From contig NC_068992.1 in NCBI RefSeq assembly GCF_001194135.2, positions 43,934,049 through 43,966,860 of the forward strand: a stretch of 32,812 bases of DNA. The letters run 5' to 3'. This document shows positions 21,301 through 32,417 of this stretch, in pieces (position 1 is the first letter of the stretch; each line of letters begins with the position of its first letter). The stretch comes from Octopus bimaculoides. Taxonomy: Eukaryota. The notes beneath the pieces are model-generated. The model was not told where the DNA came from. It saw nothing but the letters and a program-made list of their open reading frames with translations, and did no database searches. Position numbers and translations under genes: made by a program.

Positions 21301-23193
21301 TCTGCTTTTTACTCTGAGCGAGAGGCCCTTTGTCACCAGCAGAGGTAAGAACTCTCTGAACTTTGCACAGGCTATTCTTATTCTAGCAACTACACTTACA
21401 TTGTAAAAATATATGAATAAATTGACAATATATACATAAATTGAATAAAGAATATTGATGTTTTCACTTCCTGCCTACAGGAGTTAGAACGGCTGGCTCA
21501 AGAACAAGAGATCGAAAATAACCAGAGCATGATTATGAAGCAAGTTCAAACTCATCAACAAGCTTTATTAAGGTTTGTTTTACACTCTATTAGTTCTAGT
21601 TTCACCTGATTTCTGTCATTGATTTTGCTCAACATACAAAAACTTTTTTGAACAACTTGTTGACATTTTATATAATCCTTTATGCATGATTATCTTTTTA
21701 AAATTGCAGTAGTGTTAACTCTTTACGGAAAGCAAAGCTGACAGCACAGATGACTTTAGATCGTCGTTTAAGAGAAGAATTCTTTTCAGTTGAATCTCCC
21801 GTAAAACAAAGGTGATTTTCTTTGATGATTTTCACAAAATTTGTGTTTTAAAACTATTTGTTTTAATCTAAAAATAATATGCAGCTCTTTGTTAATCATC
21901 ACCATCATCATCATTTAACATCCGTGCTAGTATGGGTTGGATGCTTCAGATCCCAAGATAGGAAAATTGTCAAAGTGTAGTACAACGGTTTAGCATTTTT
22001 CAAAAGTGTAGTAAGTCCCACATACAACAGTTTGCAAAAATATTTCTGACTGAAAATATCCTATATATATATCCCGGCAAGCCAAGTGAGACCTAAATCC
22101 AAGGCCTCTGCCAGCGGTGTAGCCAGCCCACTTATGCGTACCTTCCTTCATTGGACACTAAACTGCACTTGCGAAGACCTGTTGAGGCAAGTGAAACCGA
22201 AATCGAACTAAATTCGATGACTGGCACCCATGCCAACGTCATCTCCTTCATTGGACACTAAACTCTGCTTGCGAAGAACTGTTGGGGTAAGCAGAAGTGA
22301 AATCGTGATGGCACCTGTGCCCAGCGTTGCCTTCCTGGCACTTGTGCCGGTGGCATGTGTAAAGACATTCAAGTGAGATCGTTGCCAGTGCTGCTGGACT
22401 GGCTCCTGTGCAGGTGGCACGTAAAATACACTATTTTGAGTGTGGCCGTTGCCAGTAGATCCTATAGTAGATCTAATGGAAACACACCCCGACAGTGGAT
22501 GACACCAGGTAACCCAAACTGTGCCAGTGATCTACTCAATACTTCAACACAATAATCAACATGTACCCATTAATCCTAAAATATTAAATACACACACACA
22601 CACACACACATGATGTTGACTTCAAAGGTGAGATTTGGAAAGCAGAGTTTGAATTTATATTTTGCATTCACAGGAAAGTAAGCAACCACCAAGCATTATC
22701 TAGAACAGCAAATAGTATAACTGATAATTTACTTAGTCTTAACCGCATGATGGCCACTCAAGTGAAACAAAGTGAACACACTATCAACACTTTAGGTAAG
22801 AAACCTTCCATCTTTTTAAAACACATTTCACCATTTGAACATTGTTCAATCTTGAATGCTTCTAGTAATAGCAACAATGATACTTTCAAATGCAAATGCA
22901 ATATTTCTTCAAATGTTAAATATTTCTTTTTATTCAAACTATATTTTTATTTAATTCATTCATTTTTGAGGATGAGTATTCTGTATTTATATTATATAGC
23001 TTCTTCTTCCAAGACAGTGGATGAAACTCATGAAGAATTTAAAGGAATGTCCGGCCATATTCACACTTCAAAGAAACTTCTCTCCAAATACAACAGAAGG
23101 GAATTTACTGATCGACTTCTAATAATCCTTGCATTAGTGTTTTTCTTTGCTACTGTGCTATACATTGTAAAGAAAAGGTTGTGGTCCAAATAA
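18344..23193 (+). CDS. BNIP1: Vesicle transport protein SEC20/BNIP1 (ER tail-anchored SNARE)
   Basis: Exons 18344-18424 (MEAEDVHVKICLQEIVKLDLEVQALIQ), 18976-19032, 19161-19205 (less certain), 20309-20395, 21481-21572, 21710-21811, 22674-22795, 23000-23193. The C-terminus EEFKGMSGHIHTSKKLLSKYNRREFTDRLLIILALVFFFATVLYIVKKRL is the Sec20 SNARE plus TM anchor. Length 225-259 aa depending on use of the two small phase-0 exons. Confidence 0.93.
19361..19610 (+). mobile_element. tRNA-derived SINE, family A
   Basis: Direct alignment by eye with 8675-8890. Confidence 0.8.
20868..21400 (-). mobile_element. RTE-clade LINE, C-terminal ORF fragment in a BNIP1 intron
   Basis: ORF 20920-21336: SRLYDVCVRTAMLHGSETWA...LRWYGHVARMDED...GRGRPRKTWDEVVKHDL, continuing to EKTRQAK*. 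This is a typical RTE C-terminus. Confidence 0.9.
22073..22457 (+). mobile_element. RTE LINE 3'UTR segment (same family as 20868-21400, opposite orientation)
   Basis: Starts with the same 21 nt that end the 20868 copy. Contains an internal tandem duplication (CCTTCATTGGACACTAAACT...TTGCGAAGA twice). Its distal part matches 1105-1190. Confidence 0.7.
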
Positions 23194-24409
23194 AAAGTTT
23201 TCTAGTTTCTTATCTATTTTTGAGTTTATTAGTTATGTCCTTAGAAGTGTTTTGTACATGTTGATTGAATTTATTAACAGGCTGGCTAAAATGGCTATTT
23301 TGAAGTAAATCTACAGAGTCTATACACAGGAAAATTCTTATTTCAGGATAGCTATAACAAATGTTCTGGTTCTGGTCTACAAAACCCTTAACAGCAATAG
23401 TAAGAATTGTCTTTTGGGTCAGGAGATATTGTTGCTCTGATCAGTTGCTAGAAAACTCAGCTAAGACTCACATTAGAATATTGTTCACATATATGAGATA
23501 ATGTTGCTGCTAAACATACAGACATCGCTGACTACATCCAGAAGAAGGACATTCATCTAATTGGCAAAGACTTGCTCATCAACACACTACAACCACTAGC
23601 TTACTGATGTGCTCTTTCTTTTCTTTTTTTTTTTTCTTTTTTTGTCACTGGTACAATAGCTTCTGTTTCTTTGAATTGACCAGCTACATGCTTCCAGGTC
23701 TACTTGTCTCTTTCACCTCTTATCAGTTGTACTGTTTCTCATCTTCCAGATTCTGTATGAAAAAATTTGCCTATTGCTTCCATCCTAAAATGAAACCTTC
23801 TAAAAATACTTCCCACTCCTATATTGAACTCCAATTGTTTTAGTTGAACATCAATATAACCAGCCAGTAAGTCTACAAAGGTCATGGCCTCTACTCCTAT
23901 GGCTAACTCATACCTTGTATGTCATTTGCAAGAACCCACCTGCATACTTGGATTTACTATAATAATTATTACGAAAAAAAGTATGATAAAAGTGTTTAAT
24001 TTCTTGATATTCAGAATTAAAACCATTCACAACTCAGCTGTGGAAGCAAAAGGAAAAAATAATTAAATAAATGAATGAATGGTGAATACCCCTTCTCTCT
24101 CTCTTACCCTCTACCCATCTGTCTATCTGTCTGTCTGTCTACCTATATTTCTATCTATCCATCTCCATTGTCTTGGAACCTGACCAAAAAGAACAAAAAC
24201 AATGTTCTCTTCTAAACAAAACCCCACAAAAAACATCTGTTTTATATAAATGAACAAGCTGTTTGTACATTCACAAAATTGCATTTGACAAGTTCCAGAG
24301 AGGAACTAAAAGCAAAGCACTAATAATAAGGAAGAAATAAAAGGATATTTTACCAAAATTCTGACGACTTTTTTTCTCAATATTCAATTCTGTACATCAC
24401 ACCTAACAC

Positions 24410-24428
24410 TCTATACATATATATGTGT

Positions 24429-24498
<70 letters not shown>
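24410..24498. repeat. (TA)/(TG)-rich compound microsatellite
   Basis: Directly visible. Similar tracts occur at 147-250, 636-733 and 17292-17324. Confidence 0.9.
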
Positions 24499-24619
24499 TA
24501 AATTCAAATTACGATGAACGTAAATAAACAAATGAAGTTTGCTTTTAGAAGCGTTTAGATGTCTTAGAAAGTTAAAGAAGTGATTTTTAAATTCTCAGAC
24601 GCAGGATAATGCTAATAAT

Positions 24620-26088
24620 ATAGCCTGAACAGGATAAACTATGCATAAAGTATACCCTAGAGCAACCCCCGACCTCTTGGCTCTTCTTTTGAAGGAACAG
24701 TTTATTGATGCGAATCTCAAGGTGCAGGTGAAGCAGATACAGCCAAGTACTGTGCAAGAGGCACTGGCTAAGGCTCTGGAATTTGAGTTGTTTGTCGGGT
24801 CTAGCACTGGAAATTTCAGGGTGAATTATAGTTCTGGATTCCAAGCAAAGAGAGAGAAAATCCCTGAAGCTGGAAGGCTTGACAATAGTTGTGGGCCTTC
24901 TGAGAAGGATGAAGAAGTAATTGGTGTGTGTTGGTGGCACTGTGGGAGATCTGGACACAAGTGGCAAGATTGCTACAGCTTGAAATGAAATAAAAAGCAG
25001 AACAGTAGTGCAGAGCCTACTTTTAAGGGTGAGTGCTGGATATGTGGTAAAAAGGGACATATGAGCTACAACTGCCCAGCAAGAATGAAGGAAAAGGTAA
25101 CAGAAAATAAGGAAAGGGGCTAGTATTAAGGGGCAAACATTCCAAACAGGCCCCACCTTCGAGATGATGTACTGAGTCTGTGATTGACAGTGTAAGAATT
25201 AATGGCCAGACGTGTTCCCTAGTGATTGATTCGGCCTCGGGACAGACTTTTGTGAGACCCAATGTGTTGCAGCATCTAGACCTGCCAGTTCATCACAGCA
25301 GTTGTTTGGTGTTACCAGGCAGTTTACTGAGCTGAGAGGGCCGGTTAATATGCGGATCGATGTTGCCAGACAAGAAGTTGTGCTTCTTGTCTATGTGGTG
25401 AAGATGCAAGATCAATGTATCTTGGGTTTTGACTACTTGGCATCAATGGCTTGTCAGTTGGATTTGTGTTCCTTGAAGCTTTCGGTGCAAGGAAATCCAG
25501 TCCCTGCCAAGGTTGTAAAGCGGACCACTCCTGGTGGCGAGGTGAGAGCGTTATGGATGACAACAATACCACTGAGATCGGAAAAACTGATCCAGTGTTG
25601 TGTGAGCAGCTTATTTGGGGGCTGCCTGGGGCTGGTGGAGCCTGACAGATGATGCAAGATGAAAGCTGGGCTGATGGTTGGACGAACCGTGGTGGAGGCA
25701 TGAGCTGATGAAGTGCTGGTTGTGGCAGCTAATTTTTTGAGAGTGGTACAAAAGATTTGTATGGGACAGATCGTGGGACTGTGCCAGGCAAGTGCTGTAT
25801 GTTCCAGAAGGAAGTAAGATACCTGAGACATGTTGTGGGTGAAGACGGTGTCTGTACTGACCCAGAGAAGGTGGCAGCAGTGAGGGATTGGTTCGTTCCT
25901 ACTAGTGTAAAGGAGTTGAGGAGTTTCCTAGGACTATGTACCTATTACAGGCACTTTGTAAAGGACTTTGCGACAGTGGCTGCACCGTTGCACAAGCTGC
26001 TGGGAAAAGCCAAAAGTTTGAATGAACTGCCATGACACGGGGCGTTTTTGACGAACTCAAGCAGGTGCTAATAAGTCTCCTGTGTTAC
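24620..26088 (+). mobile_element. Decayed, internally deleted Ty3/Gypsy LTR retrotransposon (gag, protease, partial RT)
   Basis: Gag capsid-like KVYPRATPDLLALLLKEQFIDA...QPSTVQEALAKALEFE; two CCHC knuckles (CWWHCGRSGHKWQDC, CWICGKKGHMSYNC); protease LVIDSASGQTFV...CILGFDYL; RT/connection KCCMFQKEVRYLRHVV...DPEKVAAVRDW...KELRSFLGLCTYYRHFVKDFATVAAPLHKLL. Contains stops and frameshifts; no LTRs found. Confidence 0.87.
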
Positions 26089-26330
26089 CGTGGAATTGTA
26101 CCCGGGGTACTATAAAAAGGTTTAATAATATTAAGGATAAAAATAGATGTAAATTCCTTCAAACTGATATAGAGAATTATTATTCATCTATAAATGAAGT
26201 GGTTTTAAGTAAGGCCCTATCATACGCCATGAGAAAGGTAAATATGTCATTTGAAGAAGTCAAAGTGGTGTTGGCCATGAGAAAGTCTATTATAAAATAT
26301 AAAGATAAACTATGGGCAAGAAAAGACACA
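26089..26330 (+). mobile_element. Penelope-like element RT fragment
   Basis: WNCTRGTIKRFNNIKDKNRCKFLQTDIENYYSSINEVVLSKALSYA...VLAMRKSIIKYKDKLWARK resembles the W.NT..VI.WF..I.NK..C.F..FDI..FYPSI.E.LL..AL...ARKS......W.KK pattern of invertebrate GIY-YIG-associated RTs (recognised by eye). Confidence 0.6.
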
Positions 26331-26930
26331 AGAGATTCAGCCAAGAAGCACCTACATAGTTGCTCACTCTTTTAGAAATGTCAACTAAATCTCTTTCAAA
26401 TTACATCTTACCATCTTGACAGTAAGAAGGGCACAGTACTTAATGCAATCTAGGATACTCTACGGGTTTAAAAATATCAAATGGATAGTCACAACTGGAA
26501 CACTGTTGATCATGGATCTACTTAAGTTGAACTAAGGCTAAACAGCAACTTTTGTTTTTCAATGTATTGCAACTGGCTTTAAAAAAAACAGCTGATAGGA
26601 TTACTCAAACAGATTAAAAGACTGACATATTTACTGTTATCTTACGAAGACATCAATAAACTGTGACTTATATAGTTAGGGATTAAATCATTACAAAATG
26701 TTGCTCTGTAGACACTTCATAGAATATATGTTAATCTCATAACATTTCAGTTTTTGGCCACATGCCATTACTCTTTACTCGTTATATCATATATTGTATG
26801 TATTGAATGAGATTACTTTGATCATCACACCATATGACACAATAATCTTCTTAATTAGACTTTTCATTTCCTCTATACACTGACAAGTCACTGGAAGAAG
26901 AAATAACATTTTGCAACTGATTCACTTATA

Positions 26931-29900
26931 ATGGATATTAATGTAAATCCTCAAAGGTTAGCAAACTATTTCATTTTTAACAAATATATGTTTCATTTAA
27001 ATAGAAGTGTCTACAAAAATATAATTTTTTCTGTGTATGTTTATATGTATTTATTATTGTTTTCGTGAATGCATGAGGATATATCCTGTTTGTATTTATG
27101 TGAGCATATGTTTACACTGACATCAAATTTTTAAAATTCCTGCTGCTCTGTCTTTATATGATAATAGGGTATATTAAACACTTGAGTATTTGTGACATTC
27201 CTTTTACTGCACAGTAGAAAATAGACAGATCATGGGTGTGAATGATTTTCTTTGGAAATTAGTTCTGACTTCAATTAAAAGCATTTCTAGTGACTAAATT
27301 CTGTTGCTACATCACCAACATCTTTAGAATAACAAGCAAGGAAGATGACAGTAACAAGTGATAAGACTGATGTGTGATTGGAGGTTGAATAATAGAGATA
27401 CTCAGTATTCTGAGACAGGTATAGACATTTAAGGGCCGGGCCAAGAGGATAGAGTGATGACAGAAGGCAATGTATCCCAAGAGATAGAATGATGACAGAG
27501 ACCCAGGATGTATTCATTAAAAGAACATGAGTATAATGGAAGATAGGGTAAAATAGGGTGGTTGGTGGCAGTGTATGAGGGGGAGGTGGATGTAGAATGT
27601 TCTGCGTACAATTAGTCTCATGTAAACTCCTCTACATAGGCTTCAAGATGGGCCAGAGTGTGTTGAGGGTAGAGGTGACAGGAAAATTACTATTAGGGAG
27701 ATTAAGAGGTATAAAAATGCGGAGGTGGCAACAATAATAGGCTTAGCAAACACACACACACACACACACAACACGCACATGCATGTAAATACATATGTAA
27801 CTATATTCTTTTTCCAACTGAGGTAGCCATGCATCTCCTCTACAACAAGACATATGTTTTTGTGCCTCTTTTTTACTCTAACCTCTCGTCACCTGGTACA
27901 AAGCCACCTCTCACTCCCAACTCAGCTGAGGCGGGAGTCATGTGTTTCAAGTTATTTGGTGATCTCCCTGGTGCTGGTGCCATGTAAAATGCATGTGGTA
28001 CACTCTGTAAAATGATTGACATTAGGAAGGACAACCAGCCGTAGAAACTATGTCAAAGCAGACAGTGAACAGAGCAAGAATGTGATAATAAAAACAGATT
28101 GGGTGGTAAATGGAAAAGAGGGAATGAGAAGGGTCAATAATGAGTGGCACTGAAAAGAAGTGATGAGTGGAAGTATAAGAGTAATGCTAGAGTGTATGGG
28201 GTACATACATATACCTGATAATGGATGAGCAAGGTGTGATGAGAGAGGTTGAGTATTGGAGAAATGAGAGGATTGCAGAAATCCAGTGACACTGGAAGCA
28301 TGTTGTAATGAGGTGCAGAGCTCATTAGTTGTACCAGTAACATAATACAGTGAGAGAGGAGAGATGAGTGGCATAGAGATAAGTGTTCAAGAGATGGATA
28401 ATAGAATATCTAGTTTCATCAAAATTGTAAATATTGAATTATTTTCCCAAATATTTTTTGTTGGTTTAATGTTGAATTACTCACAAAATATTACATCAGT
28501 CAATTTTATAGTGAATATGTTATTTTATTTTGACAGATTCATTAATTATGGATGGTGGGCAACCCGATCCCGAAGAGAAAAGCGTACAATTCAGGCTGTC
28601 ATTTTTACTTGTATAGTTCTGGTTGCCCTTATATTTTCATTGACTGTTTCATATGAAGAATTAGATACAAGTAAGTTATGTTTCTGTTTTGCATTAAAAA
28701 TGTGAATAAGTTTCAATTGACATGGAATTATTTTTGAGTTAGTCTTTTTATTGAGTAGGGCATTAAATTTGATTTCACACTTTTGTTGTTAGTTTCAGAA
28801 GATAATAGTCATTATGAAAGTTTGAACTGTTATGAAACATGTAAACAAGATGGCAACTGCATTAAATGTAATCATGAAGGAAATGTATCAAAATGTTTTG
28901 TATGAGGTGTGGAAAAAAAGAAACAGGAGATAAAACAGGAAGAAGAAACTGTGTAATATAATATTATGAATGAGCAGAATTCAAAAGACTGAAAAAATTG
29001 GCATCAAGTATAAATCACACTAGAAAATTCTTGGTCCTAATTTACTTGGAAATACAGAGTAACTGTTGAAGTGTCATAAATCAACTTTACAATAATTCCA
29101 CACATGCCAACTTAATTTAATTCGTCCTTAGTCGAAAGACACCTGTTGTTTATGTCCTGTTATTTGCATTTGTATTTGTGTAACATTTCTCCGTTTTTTC
29201 CATCCTTGTTTTCGTATACATTTGCATTTTTCTTCCAAAGAATCTAGCGCTCTTAGCTTAGTTTTTCTTGGGGATGGCCAGATTGGAGCAATCTCGAGTA
29301 TAACCAGCCAAAATTGCAAAGATAATCTGGAACTCAACTGAGGAAAGAAAACTCCGAATGACCCATCCTTGTTTTTTTCTTGTCCCTTTTTTGCATCCTA
29401 TGTCTGGATGTTTTGTTGTCCCTTTTTTATTTCATCTAACTGTCTGGATGTTTTGCATTCTTGTCCCATTTTTTGTATTCCTTTTTATATATATGTATGT
29501 ATATATATACATATGAAAAATATTTGTAAGGTGAGCTACTGCATTTATTTCTTCAGAAAGATGACAAGCAATTGTTTGATAGTAAGCATTTCATAGAAGT
29601 GGAATATGATAGCTACCTGATTAAACTTATGCCTTTTTTTTTTTTTTGTTACTTCACAGAGAAAAAGAATAATTTTGAAGATCCAGATTCCTTTTCTGCT
29701 AAGTCCAGAAATTTGATAATGAATGCTTATTTTGAAAATCAATGGAAATCTAAATTCCCTTCAGGGAATGAAATTGATGTTCCAATAATGAGGACCACAA
29801 CAGAAAAACTGTTAACTGTACAGAAAATTCCTCCATTTGAAGAAGGGAGTCAGGGAAATACAATACATAAAAACAGATTTCCTCAACAGAAGCCTAATGA

Positions 29901-31308
29901 GAGACCTACATCTAAAACATTATCTGATTCTACTCCAAATATTTCTTTAAGGCCAACACAATCTAAGCAATTACTCTTTACTTTAACTACACAGTATTTG
30001 CAGAATACATCCATTTCTCATTCCATGAAACGGCCACTATTTTCTTCTATGATTACTGATACAACAACTATTCACACAACTACCACTACTACTTCAGTAA
30101 CTATTCCTACTACTACTACCACCACTACTATAACTATTCCTTCACCTCCTACCACTGCTGCTACTACTACTACTATTACTACTCCAGTTACTACTACCAC
30201 TGCTTCTACTTCTACTTTTTTACCTACTCTCATGGTTTCTCCTCCCAAATCAATAATTACTACATCTTCTCTATCCCTTGTGACTTCTATATTTAAGCTT
30301 ACTCCAGTTCATCAATCAAAACCTATCTTCTCAACTGGCTCACCTGAACAGTTACCTGTTAATCCAATTCTTACTCCAGTTTCCAACAGTTCTGCAACCA
30401 TAACTACACCATCTGTTTCTGGTGACACTGAAAGAAACAGAAACAATTCTTACCAAAACAGAATTGGCATGGATCATATTTCGTCTCAAAGTATAAACCT
30501 AACAGCAATTTTAAATACATCCCAAATCTCTGGTAAAAAATTAAATGAAAGTTTTGATTTCATAGAGGGAAATTCAACATTCCCTTCTGTTCCAAAGTCA
30601 GTTTTTGCAACTGAATCTAATCATAATTATTCAAATTTCTTTCTTGATGTGGAATCTTCAACTTCAAACATTGCTAAATCTACTCTTGCTGATTTGAATA
30701 ACACAGCGGATCAACAACAAAATAATTCTTTGAATTTCACGAATTCCTATTTAAATACTTCTGAAACAACTAATAATGTTAAATACCTCACAAACCCCAC
30801 TGAAATGACATCAACATCACTAACCCAAACCACAAATGCTCCATTGAATAATGAATGTGTGGAAGATGAGTGTCTGATAGTTGGTAAGTTATACGTATTT
30901 TCTAAAGAAATTGTTGAAATTAACAGACATCAAAATTAAACTTTTTCTATTATTAAGGCTGTTAGCAGTCATCATTTTAATTAACCATCTTTTCGTTAAC
31001 TTAATGTTTTAATATTTTTAAAATCTTATATAACAGCGTAATGATTATGGAATTTTATGCCAGTAAATGATTTAATTTAGTTATTAGCAATATTATGAAA
31101 TATAAGTACTTGATTAAATTTTTAGTCATTTCTTTTTTTTTATTCAAAGCTAAATCTTTCAAACTATCAATTGATGAAAATACTGCCCCTTGTGATGACT
31201 TTTATCAATATGTTTGTGGAAACTGGGAACAAACAACCATTTCTCCTCCTATCCCTCTTGGAATTTCTGGTGTAGTTCTCACAGATCGGATTAAAAATGA
31301 TATCAAAG
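26931..31308 (+). CDS. Neprilysin/endothelin-converting-enzyme-like M13 metallopeptidase, 5' part (type II TM + mucin-like stalk + start of M13 N domain); remainder presumably beyond the window
   Basis: Exons 26931-26956 (MDINVNPQR, tentative start, phase 2), 28537-28670 (basic tail WWATRSRREKR + TM TIQAVIFTCIVLVALIFSLTV), 29660-30883 (Thr/Ser stalk ending ECVEDECLIV), 31150-31308 (SIDENTAPCDDFYQYVCGNW, the M13 signature PC(D/E)DFY.(F/Y)ACG.W). Phases match across all junctions. The HExxH motif is not in the window. Confidence 0.82.
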
Positions 31309-31494
31309 GTACCTATGGTTTTCTATTTCATTTACAAATTTTACGAATTTTACAGGTAAGTTCACAGACTTGTACTGGAAAAAAATGCTTAAGAGAAGAA
31401 TTTTGAATCAATTAAGAACATACAGCAATGATGACAATACCAGGTATTAAATAAGCAAGAAATTCTGCACTATGTGCCCAATTGAAAATATGAC

Positions 31495-31700
31495 TACATT
31501 CCATGCTGGCATGAGTTAGACAGGTAATTCTTGCTCTTCTAGGTTATTCAGGGAACAGAATTTTGCTCATAAGTTTATTTTTGGTTTGGTTTCTACAGCT
31601 GGATGCCCTTTCAAATACCACCCATTTTACAGTGTATACTAGGAGCATTGTTTTTATGGCACCAGCATTAGACAGGTTGCCACAACTTAACAAGACTACA
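31495..31700 (-). mobile_element. Degenerate RTE-family 3' end
   Basis: TTTCTACAGCTGGATGCCCTT...CCATTTTACAGTGT block shared with 9250-9300 and 11430-11580. Confidence 0.55.
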
Positions 31701-31993
31701 GGGTCTTCTGAACCAAACACTGGGTACCTATTATCATAACATCAGCACTAGAGAGGATGGGGAGCTAGAGAATGATGGACTGTGATACCAAATGGCCATG
31801 GAGTTTGAGTGCTAGAAGTATTTATGATAAAGTTAAGAGTAATAAAGACAGTGGTATTGCTGATGGACAGATGAGTGATAGAAGGTTGTGCAATTAGCAG
31901 GGCCAACAGCAGAAAGGCAAATGATAGAATGATAGGTGTGCTAGAGGGATGAGAAGCTATTAAGGAGGCCAAAAATGTAGTTGTAACAGAATG

Positions 31994-31996
<3 letters not shown>

Positions 31997-32047
<51 letters not shown>
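31997..32047. repeat. (TAA)n microsatellite
   Basis: 17 TAA units. Confidence 0.97.
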
Positions 32048-32048
<1 letters not shown>

Positions 32049-32417
32049 CCTAATAAACTAGCTAACATATGGAGTTATATTCTCAAAACAAAAAATAAAA
32101 AAAATATCAGATATAGAAATAGAACTCTTAAAAGGAAAAATACACCAGGAAAGTGTAGATAGTAAACACACGGCAATGCCAAATAATATCATAAGCACTG
32201 GGACTGTAAAACACGAAGACAGATGCAACATGTCAAACAAAAACGAAATAAACATTGGAATGAATAATGATGAGCAAAATGCACCAAACCAGAACACCAC
32301 CGACAAAAATATAAGCGGGAGGGAATACGAAACAAATCTAAAGCCTGGAAACAGCAAAGGTGGAACTAATGATTATTATTATCTGCTAACTAGACTTAGG
32401 ATAAGTTTTGATATTTA

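Noticed and set aside
26098-26110. GTACCCGGGGTAC palindrome resembling a cloning polylinker
   Set aside because: Does not match a contiguous multiple cloning site and falls within the PLE-like coding frame (CTRGT).
27287-28374. Minus-strand ORFs in purine-rich intronic sequence
   Set aside because: They look like decayed LINE fragments (similar composition at 31750-31970), but no diagnostic motif could be read, so they are not annotated.
28561-28584. Furin-like motif RSRREKR in the M13 protein
   Set aside because: It lies N-terminal to the TM, i.e. cytosolic in type II topology, and is better explained by the positive-inside rule.
31368-31443. Possible next M13 exon (DLYWKKMLKRRILNQLRTYSNDDNT)
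   Set aside because: The phase fits but the peptide has no M13 similarity and the intron would be only 59 nt; unsupported without RNA data.
31748-32068. Poly-Leu hydrophobic ORF resembling a signal peptide
   Set aside because: It is the reverse strand of the (TAA)n microsatellite plus a decayed repeat.
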